NCBI GenBank assembly: GCA_051294375.1
Contig: CM119265.1
Span: 25,119,866-25,154,838 of the forward strand
Length of the DNA stretch: 34,973 bases
Source of the DNA: Paraspadella gotoi
Taxonomy: Eukaryota > Animalia > Chaetognatha
Direction of reading: 5' to 3'
Shown piece by piece: positions 22,705 to 34,973 of this stretch (positions are counted from its first letter, which is position 1; every line of letters begins with the position of its first letter). The notes under the pieces were generated by a model. The model was not told the DNA's origin, made no database searches, and worked only from the letters and a program-made list of their open reading frames with translations. Both the position numbers and the translations under genes were made by a program.

Positions 22705-22935
22705 GTTTCTAGCGGTAAAAGGTTTCTGAGAGGGTAAGGTTTCTGAGGGAGGGGGTTTCTTGAGGGGGAAGGTTTCTGAGGGAAAAGGTTATATGAGGGA
22801 AAGGTTTCTGAGGGGAAAGGTTTCTGAGGGGAAAGATTTCTGAGGGGGAAAGGTTTCTGAGGCGGTAAGCGTTTCTAGGGGAAGGNNNNNNNNNNNNNNN
22901 NNNNNNNNNNTTTCTGAGGGGAAAGGTTTCTGAGG
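22705..22935. repeat. 16-bp minisatellite (TTTCTGAGGGGAAAGG)n spanning a gap
   Basis: Degenerate tandem units on both sides of the N-run 22886-22910. Confidence 0.9.
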
Positions 22936-23009
22936 AGAAAGGGAAAGACGAGGGGATTGGAAAGTCAAACGAAAGGGCGCGGGGGGAGGGGAATAATAGG
23001 GATGTTAAG

Positions 23010-23947
23010 GGGAGAAGGAGCTTCTGAGCAAAAAACCTCGGGATATCCAATTTCAAAATCCAAATTCAAATTGCGTTTTGAAATCGATTTGAGTTCAATA
23101 GCGAACCAAGTTTTTTTTTATTGTTGTTTTTTTGAGCTTCACCAGGTTTTTGGGCCAAAAGCTTTTTGCTTTTTCTTTTTTACTTTTTACTTTTTAGTCG
23201 TTTGCTTCTTTTTGGCCATTTTTATGCTTCGCTACCACTTTCCTTTCTCAGACATCCATTTCGTTCCTTTTCTCTCTTCCTTTATTTCAATTCTTTAAAT
23301 GCCAATATCTAATTCGTTAGAATTGTTTATTTCGTCGATTCGTATCGTAAGTAACTTTTCCCCCCTCGAGAATTAAAATTTGAAAATACTACCGACTAAT
23401 AATTAACGACGACTTCTAAGCGACTACAGTCGAGTCACTCCACACGGAACTACTAGGAGCCGGAGAAGGAGCTTGCTGAGCAAAAAACCTCGGATAATCC
23501 AATGTTTCAAACTCCAAATTCAAATTGCGTTGTTGAAATCGATTTGAGAGTTTCAATAGGCGAAACCAAGTTTTTTTTTATTGTTGTTTTTTGAGCTTCA
23601 CCAGGTTTTATGGGCCCTAAAAGCTTTTTCTTTTTTCTTTTTTACTTTTACTTGTTTAGTCGATTTGCTTCTTGGCCATTTTTCATGCTTCGAACGCGAT
23701 ACCACTTTCCTCTTCTCAGAACATCCATTTCGTTCTTTCTACTCCTTCCTTATATTCAATTCTTATAAATCATCCCAATCATCTAATATTCGTTCCAGAA
23801 TGTTTCCATTTCTCCGCTCCGCCGATTCGCTATCTAAAGTAAACTTTTCCCCCTCGGAGAATCTTAAAATTGAAAAACTATCCGAACTTAATATAATTAA
23901 CGACGATACTTCTAAGCGACTACAGTCGAGGTCACTCCACACGCGAA
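23010..23947. repeat. Local tandem duplication (~23010-23449 and ~23462-23947)
   Basis: Both copies start GGAGAAGGAGCTT(G)CTGAGCAAAAAACCTCGG and end GTCACTCCACAC. They differ mainly by indels; likely an assembly artefact. Confidence 0.85.
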
Positions 23948-25132
23948 ATCCCCCCCCCCCCGAACCCCGATCCGCCACACGCACTCGCACACGACAGTCC
24001 ATCGCGGCTGCGGTCGTCAAGCGCGCGACAGCGGCCCCCCTACACCCCCTGACGGCCGCTGCGACGGGTCACGCGCGCAGCGCCGACACGTCGACCGCAG
24101 CTGCGCTTCCGAACAGCGAACGCCAATACGCGCTTCGCCCAAAAAACAAAAAAAAAGAGATACCGAATCAAGAAAGCGAAGAGACGGTCAACAAAAACGT
24201 CACGCTGCCCGCCTGATTGACACGAATTTATTGGAGCTCTGAACCAAAAGTTAAATCCCGGCACCGAGAAAGGGGAGGGGGTGTTAGAAGGGGGCGGTAT
24301 GAGTGAGGAGGAGTGGGGTAAGGAAGGTGTGAAACGGGTGTGACGGTAAGGGAGTTCAAAAAGAGAGGTGGTGATGGATTTCATGGCGAGATGATTTTAG
24401 GATTTTTTTTAGTTTTGAGGCAAATTAGCTGTGCTAGACTTAAGAGAAGTTCAAAGAATACATGGGTCAAAGGAAACCGAGAAGTAAACGGCGAAAAGAC
24501 TCTACGCACATCCCGAAAGTACGAGAAATACCAAAAGACTGCGAGAGCACATCAGAGACCGACGAGCTGAAAGCGGAGAACGTAAGCAGCTACGCGACCT
24601 AGACTCGCAGAGGAAGGCATCTCTAATGGATGCGGCTGCAACGAAGCCATACGGCAGTACGGACAGAGTCTGACACAACTAAGAGTGGACGAGGGCACTA
24701 CGAAGACGAGAAGAGACGACGAACGGAGAGAGGATGAACGAGGAGAGAGAAACTAATCGACGAATCGACGGCATCTGCCCCGCACAGTTAAAGAACAAAA
24801 GCACTCTTAGACAAAACACCTCGGTGACAGAAGTCTGAGCCAAAGGAAAAGGCAAACGAAGAGAGAGAGATGAGAGTCAGAGAGAGGAGAGAGACTGAGG
24901 AGAGAGAAGAGGAGCGAGAAGAGAGAAGAAGGAGTTCGAGAGAGGAGGAGAGAGATAATAAGGAGATTTGCAAATTAGAAAAAAAAAAGAAAAGATAATA
25001 GAAAAAAAAGCATATTGGTGATAAAGAAATCTAATTCTCTTTCTGTCAAATCGTTGATAAGCAATAGATATTATGTGACAGCAAAGGAATCTCTTTTGTG
25101 TTTTTCATTTCCCCCTATTATTCATTTTTGCA

Positions 25133-25169
<37 letters not shown>

Positions 25170-25602
25170 CTCCTCTCTCTCTCTCTCCTGACTAACGGTG
25201 AAAAACTTAATCTATTCTCCGGTAAGTGAATTTCTGTTGAATTACCTCCAAAAAAAAAAANNNNNNNNNNNNNNNNNNNNNNNNNAAAAACAATCTTCAT
25301 AACAAATTTTAAACAGTCTTAATAATTCTCAAAACAGTCTTAATAATAATTTATTTCTTGAATATATTTCACCATAAAATAGTTCTAGTACGGAGTCCAA
25401 TAGTACTTTTAAACAATTTAAAAAGTTTATACAAATACTGTATTGTACCACCTCATTGTTAGAGAGGCAAGGTTCTCCGGTTCTCTGAATAAACTGGACC
25501 GAGAGACTAGATTGAGTCAGGGATAAATTCATATTGGCTGAATCTTTATAAAAAAGGTGTACCCTGTGCAAGACTATACCGCGAGCAGTTCACCGTCAGT
25601 AG

Positions 25603-25725
25603 CACACGGGGTCCCGAACTTCGGATACGGCTGGAATCCGTCACAATAGGTGGTTTAGACGCCCCGTCCCGCTTTTTACTTGTGTCAGCAGACCGTGACC
25701 CCGAGTTCTTTGGGTTGAGACGAAA
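25603..25725 (-). mobile_element. Diverged, truncated solo family-A-like LTR with twister-like motif
   Basis: Minus: ...CAACCCAAAG...AAAAA GCGG GA CGG GGCGUC UAA ACC AC C...G CCG(U)A U CCG AA GU UCGG GAC. Shares GCCCCGTCCC, CTTCGGAT and CTTTGGGTTG (plus strand) with 3277-3400. Confidence 0.65.
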
Positions 25726-25923
25726 TAGTATGAAAGACTATGAAATACTATGAAATACTACTTTTTCAACCCGAAAGTTTTTTTTATGAAATATTGTCAA
25801 ACGACAAACAAATTAGTCGACCGAGCGATCGACCGATCGACCGACCTATAAAAATTGATCGCTCGGTCCAGCTTAAGTTTGTGCTCTTCTTCATTACTGT
25901 TGAAAGTCGTAAAAGAGTGAAAA

Positions 25924-25954
<31 letters not shown>

Positions 25955-27673
25955 AACAACAACAAACGGATCAAACGACCGAACTTACCTAAGGGTTCCT
26001 TACCTAATTAAAAATTAATTGGCTTTCAATTTAATTGTTTTTAATCGCGTTGAAACGCTTTTCCGTCTGTCTGTCTTTTGGTCTGTCTGTCGGTCCGTAG
26101 ATAGTAAGCTTACAAAGATAAAAGTGTTACGTAAAAAGGTTTTGGCGTTTGAATTATGCGGCTTCGGAGGAAGAAAATAGAAGATAGAAAAGAGAAAGAA
26201 AGAAAGATAGAAAGAAATATAAAGGAAGAAAGAAAGATAGAAATAAACAAGGAAAGAAAGAAATATATTATATTATATTGTAACATCGTGATTATTTTAA
26301 TCGGGATTAAACGACTTAAAGAGACTTATAGAGTTTTATCGATAATTAGTGTAGCGAAGTGAATAAAAAAAAAGTGGTAAGAACTTTTATTTTATTTTAC
26401 GATTCGTACATGTTTTGATCAAATAATTAATTATTTAATTAATTTAATGATTCAATTTAGAAACTAAAGTTGTAAAATTATTTCTTATTTATTTATCGTA
26501 TAAGTCCGCATTTTTTCTCCCTTTTTTTTTCTCTTTTTTTGGGGGGCATCTGTCGCGCTATTTCCTCCCGATATCTTTTTCATCATCTCTGTCACCATCT
26601 GTTCCCTGTCACCATTATCTCTGTCATCAACTTCCATTCAATTCCATCACTTCTCTCTTTCGATGTGCACTAAGAGAGATCGGATTTTTTTTCTCTTCAG
26701 CAAAGATGCGAATTCAACATCGGACGCTCGCGGTCAAGTAGGATGAAGCGGACAGGGTGAAAGAGGAGGATAGGGAGGAAGAGACCGAGACGAGAAGAGA
26801 GAAGAGAGAGCAGGAGAGAGATGATAGAGAGAGACGGAGAGAGAGAGAGAGAGAGAAGGAAGCAGCTGACGAGAGAATGTCTAAATTTTAGATACTCCTT
26901 GTTTTCCCAATTTTTATTTTAAACCTGGTTTTAAAAAGCTTTTGTTTCTTTGATTTTAATATTATTTTTTGAAATTCCCAAACCTTTTGTTTTTTTCATT
27001 AGCCTCAACTTTCCATTTCTTTGCATTGTCCGCTCGTCGCTCATCTTCTTTCATTCTCACTCCCTTAAATTACGATTCAAACATCGAGAAATGAAATGCC
27101 GTGGAATTACCCGAGGGAACCTAGAAATCTCATTCAAAGACGACGACGGCGACGACTGACGACGACGACTGACGACGACGACACAATCGACGACTGACGA
27201 CGACGATTCTTGGTTCCGTCCAGAAAATGGAAAGCCATAACCATTTTCGCCCTTAAAACCCTGGCAGGAACAACGGAAGTAGTTTTTATACGAAAGCCCA
27301 GCAGCACAAATAGCAGCTGCCGCCTCCTCTGCCGCCGCAGCCGCCGCCAGCCGCCGCCGCGGGCACTTGCGAGACGTTACTCCTCATCTATTGCCGCTGT
27401 TTATCTTTTCAACTTTGGAATCGATTCGAGATCTGCCGTCTCACGTATCTTCTTATTCTCGGCGCGCTGTCATTTGTCACAATAGTTTTTTATGCACTTC
27501 CCGACCATGTGCTGTCACTTCTTAATCTCCTTTCATCTCTCGCGTTGTCATTGTCACTTAATTTTTGTCCATTCACTTCCACCATTGCTGTCACCTTACT
27601 TAAATCTCCGTGTTTTGTCCTCGCCGCTGTCATTGTCACATAGATTTTTATCACTTCCATCTGCGTTGCTCTT

Positions 27674-28278
27674 CACTTCTTAATTTTCTTTCATCTCTCA
27701 TCGCTGTCCATGTTTCAAACGGTGTAGTCTTTTTGTTGTTATGGCCGCAACCAAGTCATAACCACTCCTTTTTATCGTTCGGTTCTGCACTTCATATCAG
27801 TTTCGCCGACGATAATTATCTCCTTGTCTATCAGTTTTTAAAGATAGTTTTCGTTTAACCATAAATAATCTCCTGTCTTGATCACTTTCTAGCTGTTCGA
27901 TTTTCTCATCTCTCTTTTTTCGTTTCACCGTTTCACCAACATTATCTATTTTTTATCACCCTCAACCTCTCTGTCACAACGTATCTCTTTTAATCGTGAA
28001 ACAATGACAACCGTCGGTGCATGTCACACCACGGGTGGACTTTCGTCAGAAAAGGGTATAGAACTGAAATGTGAAGCCTTGCTTCATCCGCGCGAGTACT
28101 TGCCTTAGCGAACATCCTCCGCGCCCTTCATGCCGCCGTTTCGTTTCCCTTTCTGCTCTGGTTCTCTCTCAATTTGTGTATCAACCTTACCCTAAGGCAT
28201 CCAATTAACCCCTTCGAGCGTGGGCTAACTCCTCTCTGCTCCCACCTCTCTCTTCTCTCTGGACCTCGTCTCTCCTCG

Positions 28279-28309
<31 letters not shown>

Positions 28310-29054
28310 CTGCCAACCAAGCACGTTTCGCAGGCTGTTAACATCGACTGCCTCGCGATCCTTCCGTCCGCCCCTATCTCCTCGATTTACTTACCCTGAC
28401 CCACCCAACCCCCGCTATTCTCGCCCCCCCAAAAAGACGCGAAATGCGGCGGAATCGCGCGCGAAACCGCGAGTCATTAATTCCCGATTGGTTCCATCAA
28501 GCGACGCCTCTTCTTACGGCGAGAAGACAGGGCGCCGATTTTGCGCGTTCGCGCAACTCTTGTAATGGGCAGAAAAATACGGTAGAGAGGTAGGTAGCAT
28601 TAGTGGTGAGGTGATGCGATTGGGTGTATAGAGTGGTGGGCGCGCCATGGTTGTGCGAATATACGGGTGGACAAGTGGCGATGCTGGTTGAAGGGTGTAT
28701 AGGAGTGATACACGTGGGCGTGAACATTTGACTCGCTGAATGGTCTGTTAGAGTGGCATAGGGTCTGTGAATTTTAAACGCGATGGTGTAAATGAGTAGA
28801 GTCGCCTAATATACACAAAAAAAAAGCACCTGTAATGAAAAATTGTGAACACTTGATAAACGAACGTTTGAGATCGGAGTTGTTGAATGGTGGTTGAGAG
28901 AACGTCGGGTGTTATGTAGTTATATGAATCGTGATGGAGAAAGACGACGGAGTTCGTGAAATCGAGATGAAAGCGTGAAGTCAGTGGTGAGAAGCGACGA
29001 TGCAAAACCTAAAGAAAGCGGTGTAGCACACCTGGTGGAGGACGGGTGGTTAAT
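27674..29054 (+). repeat. Block duplicated at 33616-34973
   Basis: Colinear match, e.g. CCTCGCGATCCTTCCGTCCGCCCCTATC and GAGAAGCGACGATGCAAAA, with indel-dominated differences. Confidence 0.9.
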
Positions 29055-29946
29055 TTAGTGTTCGATCGCTTAAACGGAATCGTGACAGGGGGGCGGGAGT
29101 TGATTGCCGTCGCAAATGGTCTGCCGGTATAATGTCAGAGGTGAGGAGGGGAGGAGGTGAGGAGGTGCGATTGAGGTCTGGAGGTCAACGGGTCAGGTGG
29201 GGGGAAAGAGACGAATAACAGTGAATGGATTTTTATCTCGGTCGTGGGATGGCATCGAAATGGCAATATGACGCGCCGCAGATAGGTATGGACCGTCGAC
29301 CCGAGTTGGCATGCCAGTGAGACCGAAATGGCATGCCCATCTCGACCGTACGTTTGGCGTGCCAGTCGCCGCCACAAAATGCTTGAGCGTTCAACGATGA
29401 TGGCTTTGCTAGTCGAACCGAGATTGATATGTCAGACTCGATCCCAGACTAACACTCGAGCATGCCAGATCGGTGACACCGTCAGACATGACTCGCTTCC
29501 ATTCATCAATGATGGCTTGCCAGTCGAACCGAAATGCACTCGTCGTCAAGTCAACCGAGAATGGGCATGCACCTCGAACCTGGATCGGTCTCGCACCTCA
29601 ATCAATGAACCTAACTCTTCGACTCTTTCAAAATGAATATAAACCCGTTTCGATATTCGGTCATTTTTCTCGTTAAACTGTCGACGATAAACGTTCACGC
29701 TGTCACCGTATCTCGCTATAAACGTTCTCGTTACAAGCGGATGAGTTCTGTTATCGAAGAGCAAGAGAGAAGGAATAGGCAATAACCCAAAGATTCGAGA
29801 TTAAAGAGTGAGATTTATAGAGGAAGAATAAGAAGAATTCTACTCTCTATCTCTCTCCTCTCTTCTCTCTCTTCTCTCTCTCTTCTCTCTCTCTCTCTCT
29901 TCCTTTTCTGCCGACAAAACGCAGAGAATGGGGAAAATTTTCTCAG

Positions 29947-30001
<55 letters not shown>

Positions 30002-31920
30002 AGAGGAGAGAGCCAATATGGATTTACTGTTTGGAATTGTTGTGGATCTGGAGGTTCTTACGATCGCTTTTATTGCGCGTTTCCGATCTGAATTTTATGA
30101 TTGATCAAAATTCTTTCCATGGCCCCTTTATGGTGTAAGGTCCCGATCGAATCAATACATCGTGGAACACTACGTCCGTATACCATTTATTCTACAAATA
30201 TTATAAATGAATAAATTTTTGTTAATTTCGTTGGGTGTACTACATTACTTTCATTAAGACAAGAAATCAAGTTAGAAAGTATTTGCCAAAATTTTCTTTT
30301 ACATTATTTTTTCCATAACGATCCTTTCATAGGCCATCTTTGTAATGGGGTTGTCAGAAGTTTGATTTTGGGAACCTTCCCAAATGAAACTTCATACATT
30401 TCTGAGAAAACTTTGCAATGGAGCAAACATGTTCTAAAATGGCGAGACGCGCTCGGTAATTAATTTTGAAATGTTATTTATAGATAAGAAATGTCAAAAT
30501 TCAGAGTTGTCAAAGTAGTCTTACACAAAGTATAATGTTTTATTTCTCAATATTTGATATAAGTGAGTAAAAATTGAGAAAAAAACCTTAAAAAATCATT
30601 ATCATCATCATTATCCGATATGTAAATTTCAGTTTTTGCTTAAACTTTTTGTGCTCTATCCAGTATCATATTAAAAAAACTTGAAATATAAAAAAAATTG
30701 ACAATATTAATAATTTTACTTATGGTTCGGAACATATTTTGCAAAAAAAAAAAGAAAAAAATTTAACAAAATAACTAATACCAATAATGGATTTGTCTCA
30801 TGCCTGTTTCCCATTTTAAAAATTTGAAAATTTGGTCGGCGACCTCGGCTTTCATGAAAAAGCGTAATAGGTAAATCGCTTTTTGCTAAATCGCTTAAGC
30901 GATTTACTTACCCCCGAAAATGTACCAATTTTGGGCCCGCTCCCTTTTTTTTTTTTTCAATTTTTTTTTTTTTTTCCGTCTTGTAACTTTTGTTACCTAC
31001 AACGAGGATTTGTCTCTTACTTTTTCTACTATGAGAATTTCCCTTTACTTTCTATAGAAATTTGCTCTTATGTCTGGCACCCCACTAGTTCTTACTTGCA
31101 TCGCTTTTACAAACCACAAATAAGCAAAGCGGTTTTGATCCTGTTTTGGTCTTACCATATAAACAGATGGCTCCACAAACAAAAGAGCATACCTTTCTAA
31201 AAACAAAAGAACAGTCCCATTTAAATTTCTTTAGTATTTGTGCACCTATTCTACTAGAGGCTTTACAAAGCAGGAGGTCTTTTCGTAAGACGAAGGAACA
31301 TTCATTTGCTCTTCTGTCCTGCACCCACTAGATCTTCACTTGCACCTGCTCTTCAACCAAAATAGAAATAGAAAATAGAAATAGAAAAAAAAAGAATAAT
31401 ATTGCTCACCAAGATGTGCACTCTGCTAGTTTCCGATCAACGTTGGACTGACTTTACGATTCTTATTTAAATAACGTTCAGTTTTTGCGAACAGGATGGC
31501 GCCGAAGTTATTTATCAACAAACATTTGGCGACGGAGGAACAGGAGATAAAAATGTTTGTTTCCATAAAAACGAGGTGATGAAAATTAATTTCTTTAATT
31601 CGAGACTTAAAATATAGAAAACGGAATATAAAAGTCAATTAACAATTAAACCCCAACGGCGAGTTAAAACGTGAACTTTCTAGAGGGCAACGACTTTTCT
31701 CTCTCTAAAAACATTTGCTAAAGTTAAAATAAGACGGATACCAATTGTCCCCCTTTTTCCCCCTTCTTCCGACTGAATCAGTGTTTAAAACTTTTCCCTA
31801 TATATGGGCCGTCTCGATCGCGATGTCGTCCGCCGGTGACTCCGCGGACGTTAACTTTCATTTCGCGCGGAACGTCACGCATCGGCCGCCAACGGAGCTG
31901 TCAAAAACAGAAATATACCG

Positions 31921-32456
31921 GTTCACTGGGAGTGAATATAATGAGACTCGTGAAAGAGTCTTGATAGAAAAGCTTGCAGAAACTCTGCTGATATTCATTA
32001 TCTTGTAAGTGTGATGGAGGCGCGTAAACCGACAAAGGCCTGTCCAAAGTCAACGAAGTAGCTTATTTAATTAAATGAACGGATAATTTATATATGTTGT
32101 ACCAATTTCATAAAAATTCACCTCCTTGTATTTTGATGCTAGTGCGGGGAGTACAATATAGTATTTCACCCGATTCTAATACTTAAGGGAGTGCGGTCTT
32201 TTCAGTACAAATGGAAAGCATTCTTTGAAATATTACTTACCACTTCATTGATAGGGAAGCCAGCGTTCACTGAGTGAAATAAATGAGTACTGTGAAAAGA
32301 GTCTGATGAAAGCTGGTGCAGAAAACCTGCTATGTATTATCTTGTAAGTGTGTGCATGGAGGCCTTAACCACCAAAAAGCCTGTCACAAGTCAGGGACAA
32401 GATCAGCTTATTAGGTAAGATGAATGGATAATTTTATTATTGTTGTACCAATTTCA
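31921..32456 (-). repeat. Two adjacent inverted copies of the 3961-4263 repeat
   Basis: GATGCTAGTGCGG..AGTACAATATAGTATT..TACCACTTCATTGATAGGGAAGCCAG..TACCAATTTCA is the reverse complement of 3961-4263. Confidence 0.8.
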
Positions 32457-33615
32457 TAATATATATAAGTATGATAGTATAGTATTATATAAGTATATGA
32501 TAATCATAATAGAAAAATATAAAGTATATCATTCATGTAAAATGTAAAGATTGGAATAATAGAGAAATAGAAATAGAAAAAAGAATTAATTAATTAAGTT
32601 AATTAATTAATTAATGATGGTTTTATTAAACCACTAAGCTGTTTAAATATGGTGTTTTGATGTCACGTGATTTACTTACGTCTGGATGTGCACCAATAAG
32701 TAAAGAAATTTTTTATTAATCATTTTCTTTTTAGTCGCGGGTCACTCGCGATTCTATTTTTTACTGCACTTAGCAAATCTTTTTATGGACTTGCCCCTTT
32801 AAAAAGCCCCGTATTTATTTTTATTTCGATGGTTTATTCATGTTTATTATGACCTATTTATTTCGTATTTCTGCACTAGTCGGGCCTTGACCGGGCACTA
32901 GGAGCGTCCTTTGGTGGAAGCGGAGTATCCTCTTTGCTGTGCTCGCTTTGACGTCGCGTCTCGTTCGGCAAAGTCATTCGTGGCAAGGCGTGTTTTTTTC
33001 AACGGGCGGTTGGCTGGCACACTGCCTCAGTTTTCAAAGAAGACCTCCAGGCGTTAACGCCCCTCTCCTTCCTCCCGTCCGCTATCTCCTACACACGCTG
33101 ATTATAAATCGCGACAACATCCCACCCACCCCCCGAGTTTAGTGTCACCCTAAATTACATGATGGTAGGTCTAGACTCGAAAAAATGATGTATAAATTGT
33201 TTTACTTTGGCTTTTAATAATTGAATGACAGTCGAAACGTTTTATATAGATTGATTTAAAATTGATATGAAGTTTAAACGATCATGGATTTTAAGAAATT
33301 TTCTTGTTTTGCTGTTAAATATTTATATTTACTAAATATATTTAAGAGGAATATGTTTCCTAAAAACGTACAATATGCAACACAATTTATGTCCATATTT
33401 TGCTGTGCGTCAGGTGGTTGGTTCCTCATTTTCTCAATTGCCATTAATGTAAAGAAGGGAAATATATAAAGGGAAAGAGCGCGTTGTTTTATTAACTACT
33501 TTTGCGGTTTATCATACTTATTTGTTTATGACTCCTCTACTCTTTTTCTTTCTTTCTCTCTCTCACTCTTCTCTTTCTCTTTTCTCTTTCNNNNNNNNNN
33601 NNNNNNNNNNNNNNN

Positions 33616-34973
33616 CACTTCTTAATCTTCTTTCATCTCTCACGCTGTCATTTTCAAATTGTTATCTTTTTGTTGTTATCACAGTCATAACTTTATCCTT
33701 TTTTATACTTCTTCTGTCACTGTCATATCATTTCCACATAATTATCTCCTTTTATCAGTTTTAAAATAGTTTTTTACATAAATATCTCCTTCTATCACTC
33801 TAGCTGTCATTTTCTCATCTCTCTTTTTTCGTTTCACCGTTTCACCAACATTATCTTTTTTATCACCCTCACCGTCTCAGTCACAACGTTATCTCTTTTT
33901 ATCGTGAACAATGACAACCGTCGGTGATGTCACAACGGGTGGACTTCGTAGAAAAGGGTATAGAACTGAAATGTAAGCCTTGCTTTCATCCCGCGCGAAC
34001 TTGCCTTAGCGAACATGCCTCCGCGCCTTCATGCCGCCTTTCTTTCCCTTTCTCTCTTTCTCTCCATTTGTTATCACCTTACCTAAAGCATCAATTAACC
34101 CCGTTCGACGTGGCTACTNNNNNNNNNNNNNNNNNNNNNNNNNNNNNNNNNNNNNNNNNNNNNNNNNNNNNNNNNNNNNNNNNNNNNNNNNNNNNNNNNN
34201 NNNNNNNNNNNNNNNNNNNNNNNNNNNNNNNNNNNNNNNNNNNNNNNNNNNNNNNNNNNNNNNNNNNNNNNNNNNNNNNNNNNNNNNNNNNNNNNNNNNN
34301 NNNNNNNNNNNNNNNNNNTCGCAGGCTTTTAACATCGAATGCCTCGCGATCCTTCCGTCCGCCCCTATCCTCCTCATTTACTTACCCTGACCCACCCAAC
34401 CCCCGCTATTCTCGCCCCCCAAAAAGGAGCGAAATCGGGATCGCGCGCGAACCGGAGTCATAATTCCGATTGGTTCCATCAACGACGCCCTTTTACGGCG
34501 AGAGACGTGGACGCCGATTTTGCGGTTCGGAACTCTGACGGGGAGAAAAATAGGTAGAGGGTAGGTAGAGTAGTGGTGGGTGATACGATTGGGTGGTTAT
34601 TAGAGTGGTGGGCGCGCCAGAGTTGTTGCGAATATAGGGTGAAAGTTGCGATGCTGGTTGAAAGGGTGATACGAGTGATACAGTGGCGTGATTGAATTTT
34701 GAATGGTTAGAGTGATAGGGTGTGAATTTTAAACGACGATGGGTTTAAATGATAGAGTCGCTAATATAAAGCCTGATGAAAATTGTGAACATTGATAAAG
34801 AACGTGAGATGGAGTTGTGAATGGTGGTGGAGAACGTGTGATGTAATTATGAATCGTGATGGAGAAAGTCCGACGGAGTTGTGAATTGAGATGAAAGCGT
34901 GAATCATGGTGAGAAGCGACGATGCAAAATAAAAGAAAGCGGGTGAGGACTGGTGAGGACGGGTGAGGTTAAT
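33616..34973 (+). repeat. Second copy of 27674-29054 (gap-flanked, runs off the window end)
   Basis: Same colinear match as 27674-29054; contains gap 34119-34318. Confidence 0.9.

Larger units (their letters stand above)
12965..22935 (+). repeat. Large tandem duplication, copy 2 (indel-rich; possibly alternative haplotype or raw long-read fill)
   Basis: Differences from copy 1 are mostly 1-nt indels that get denser towards 3', plus the family B insertion and a longer 10-bp array. Confidence 0.93.

Noticed and set aside
23010-23947. Direct repeats as a third LTR element
   Set aside because: Only ~12 nt separate the copies, there is no PBS, PPT, TSD or ribozyme motif, and differences look like read errors.
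23581-24570. 211-aa and neighbouring ORFs as genes or LINE ORF1
   Set aside because: Non-ATG start, no recognisable domain, and the frame is not preserved in the adjacent duplicate.

Overview
AT-rich, microsatellite-dense eukaryotic (probably invertebrate animal) draft-assembly DNA with several N-gaps and long indel-rich stretches that look like uncorrected long-read fill. Almost all ORFs in the supplied track are microsatellite artefacts. Reading the sequence directly gives four main results. (1) A complete four-exon + strand gene largely missed by the ORF track, join(2860..2907,2993..3135,4930..5126,6102..6553), 279 aa. It encodes a signal peptide, a reduced 6-Cys three-finger/Ly6-uPAR-like ectodomain, one TM helix and a kinase-less tail with 3x18-aa repeats. 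(2) The most striking feature: two related families of small non-coding LTR elements on the minus strand (3222-3889 and 21533-22327), plus a diverged solo copy near 25.6 kb. Each LTR carries a circularly permuted (P5-type) twister-ribozyme-like motif, and each full element has a tRNA-Trp-type PBS. Family A also has a PPT and a tRNA-like Pol III module in the LTR. These are candidate twister 'LTR retrozymes'; cleavage is predicted from sequence only. (3) A ~8.6 kb tandem duplication (4322-12964 vs 12965-22935) whose second copy carries the family B element at a site that is empty in the first copy. (4) Further duplicated blocks, minisatellites, dispersed repeats and a weak minus-strand gene or pseudogene candidate at 30.1-31.6 kb.
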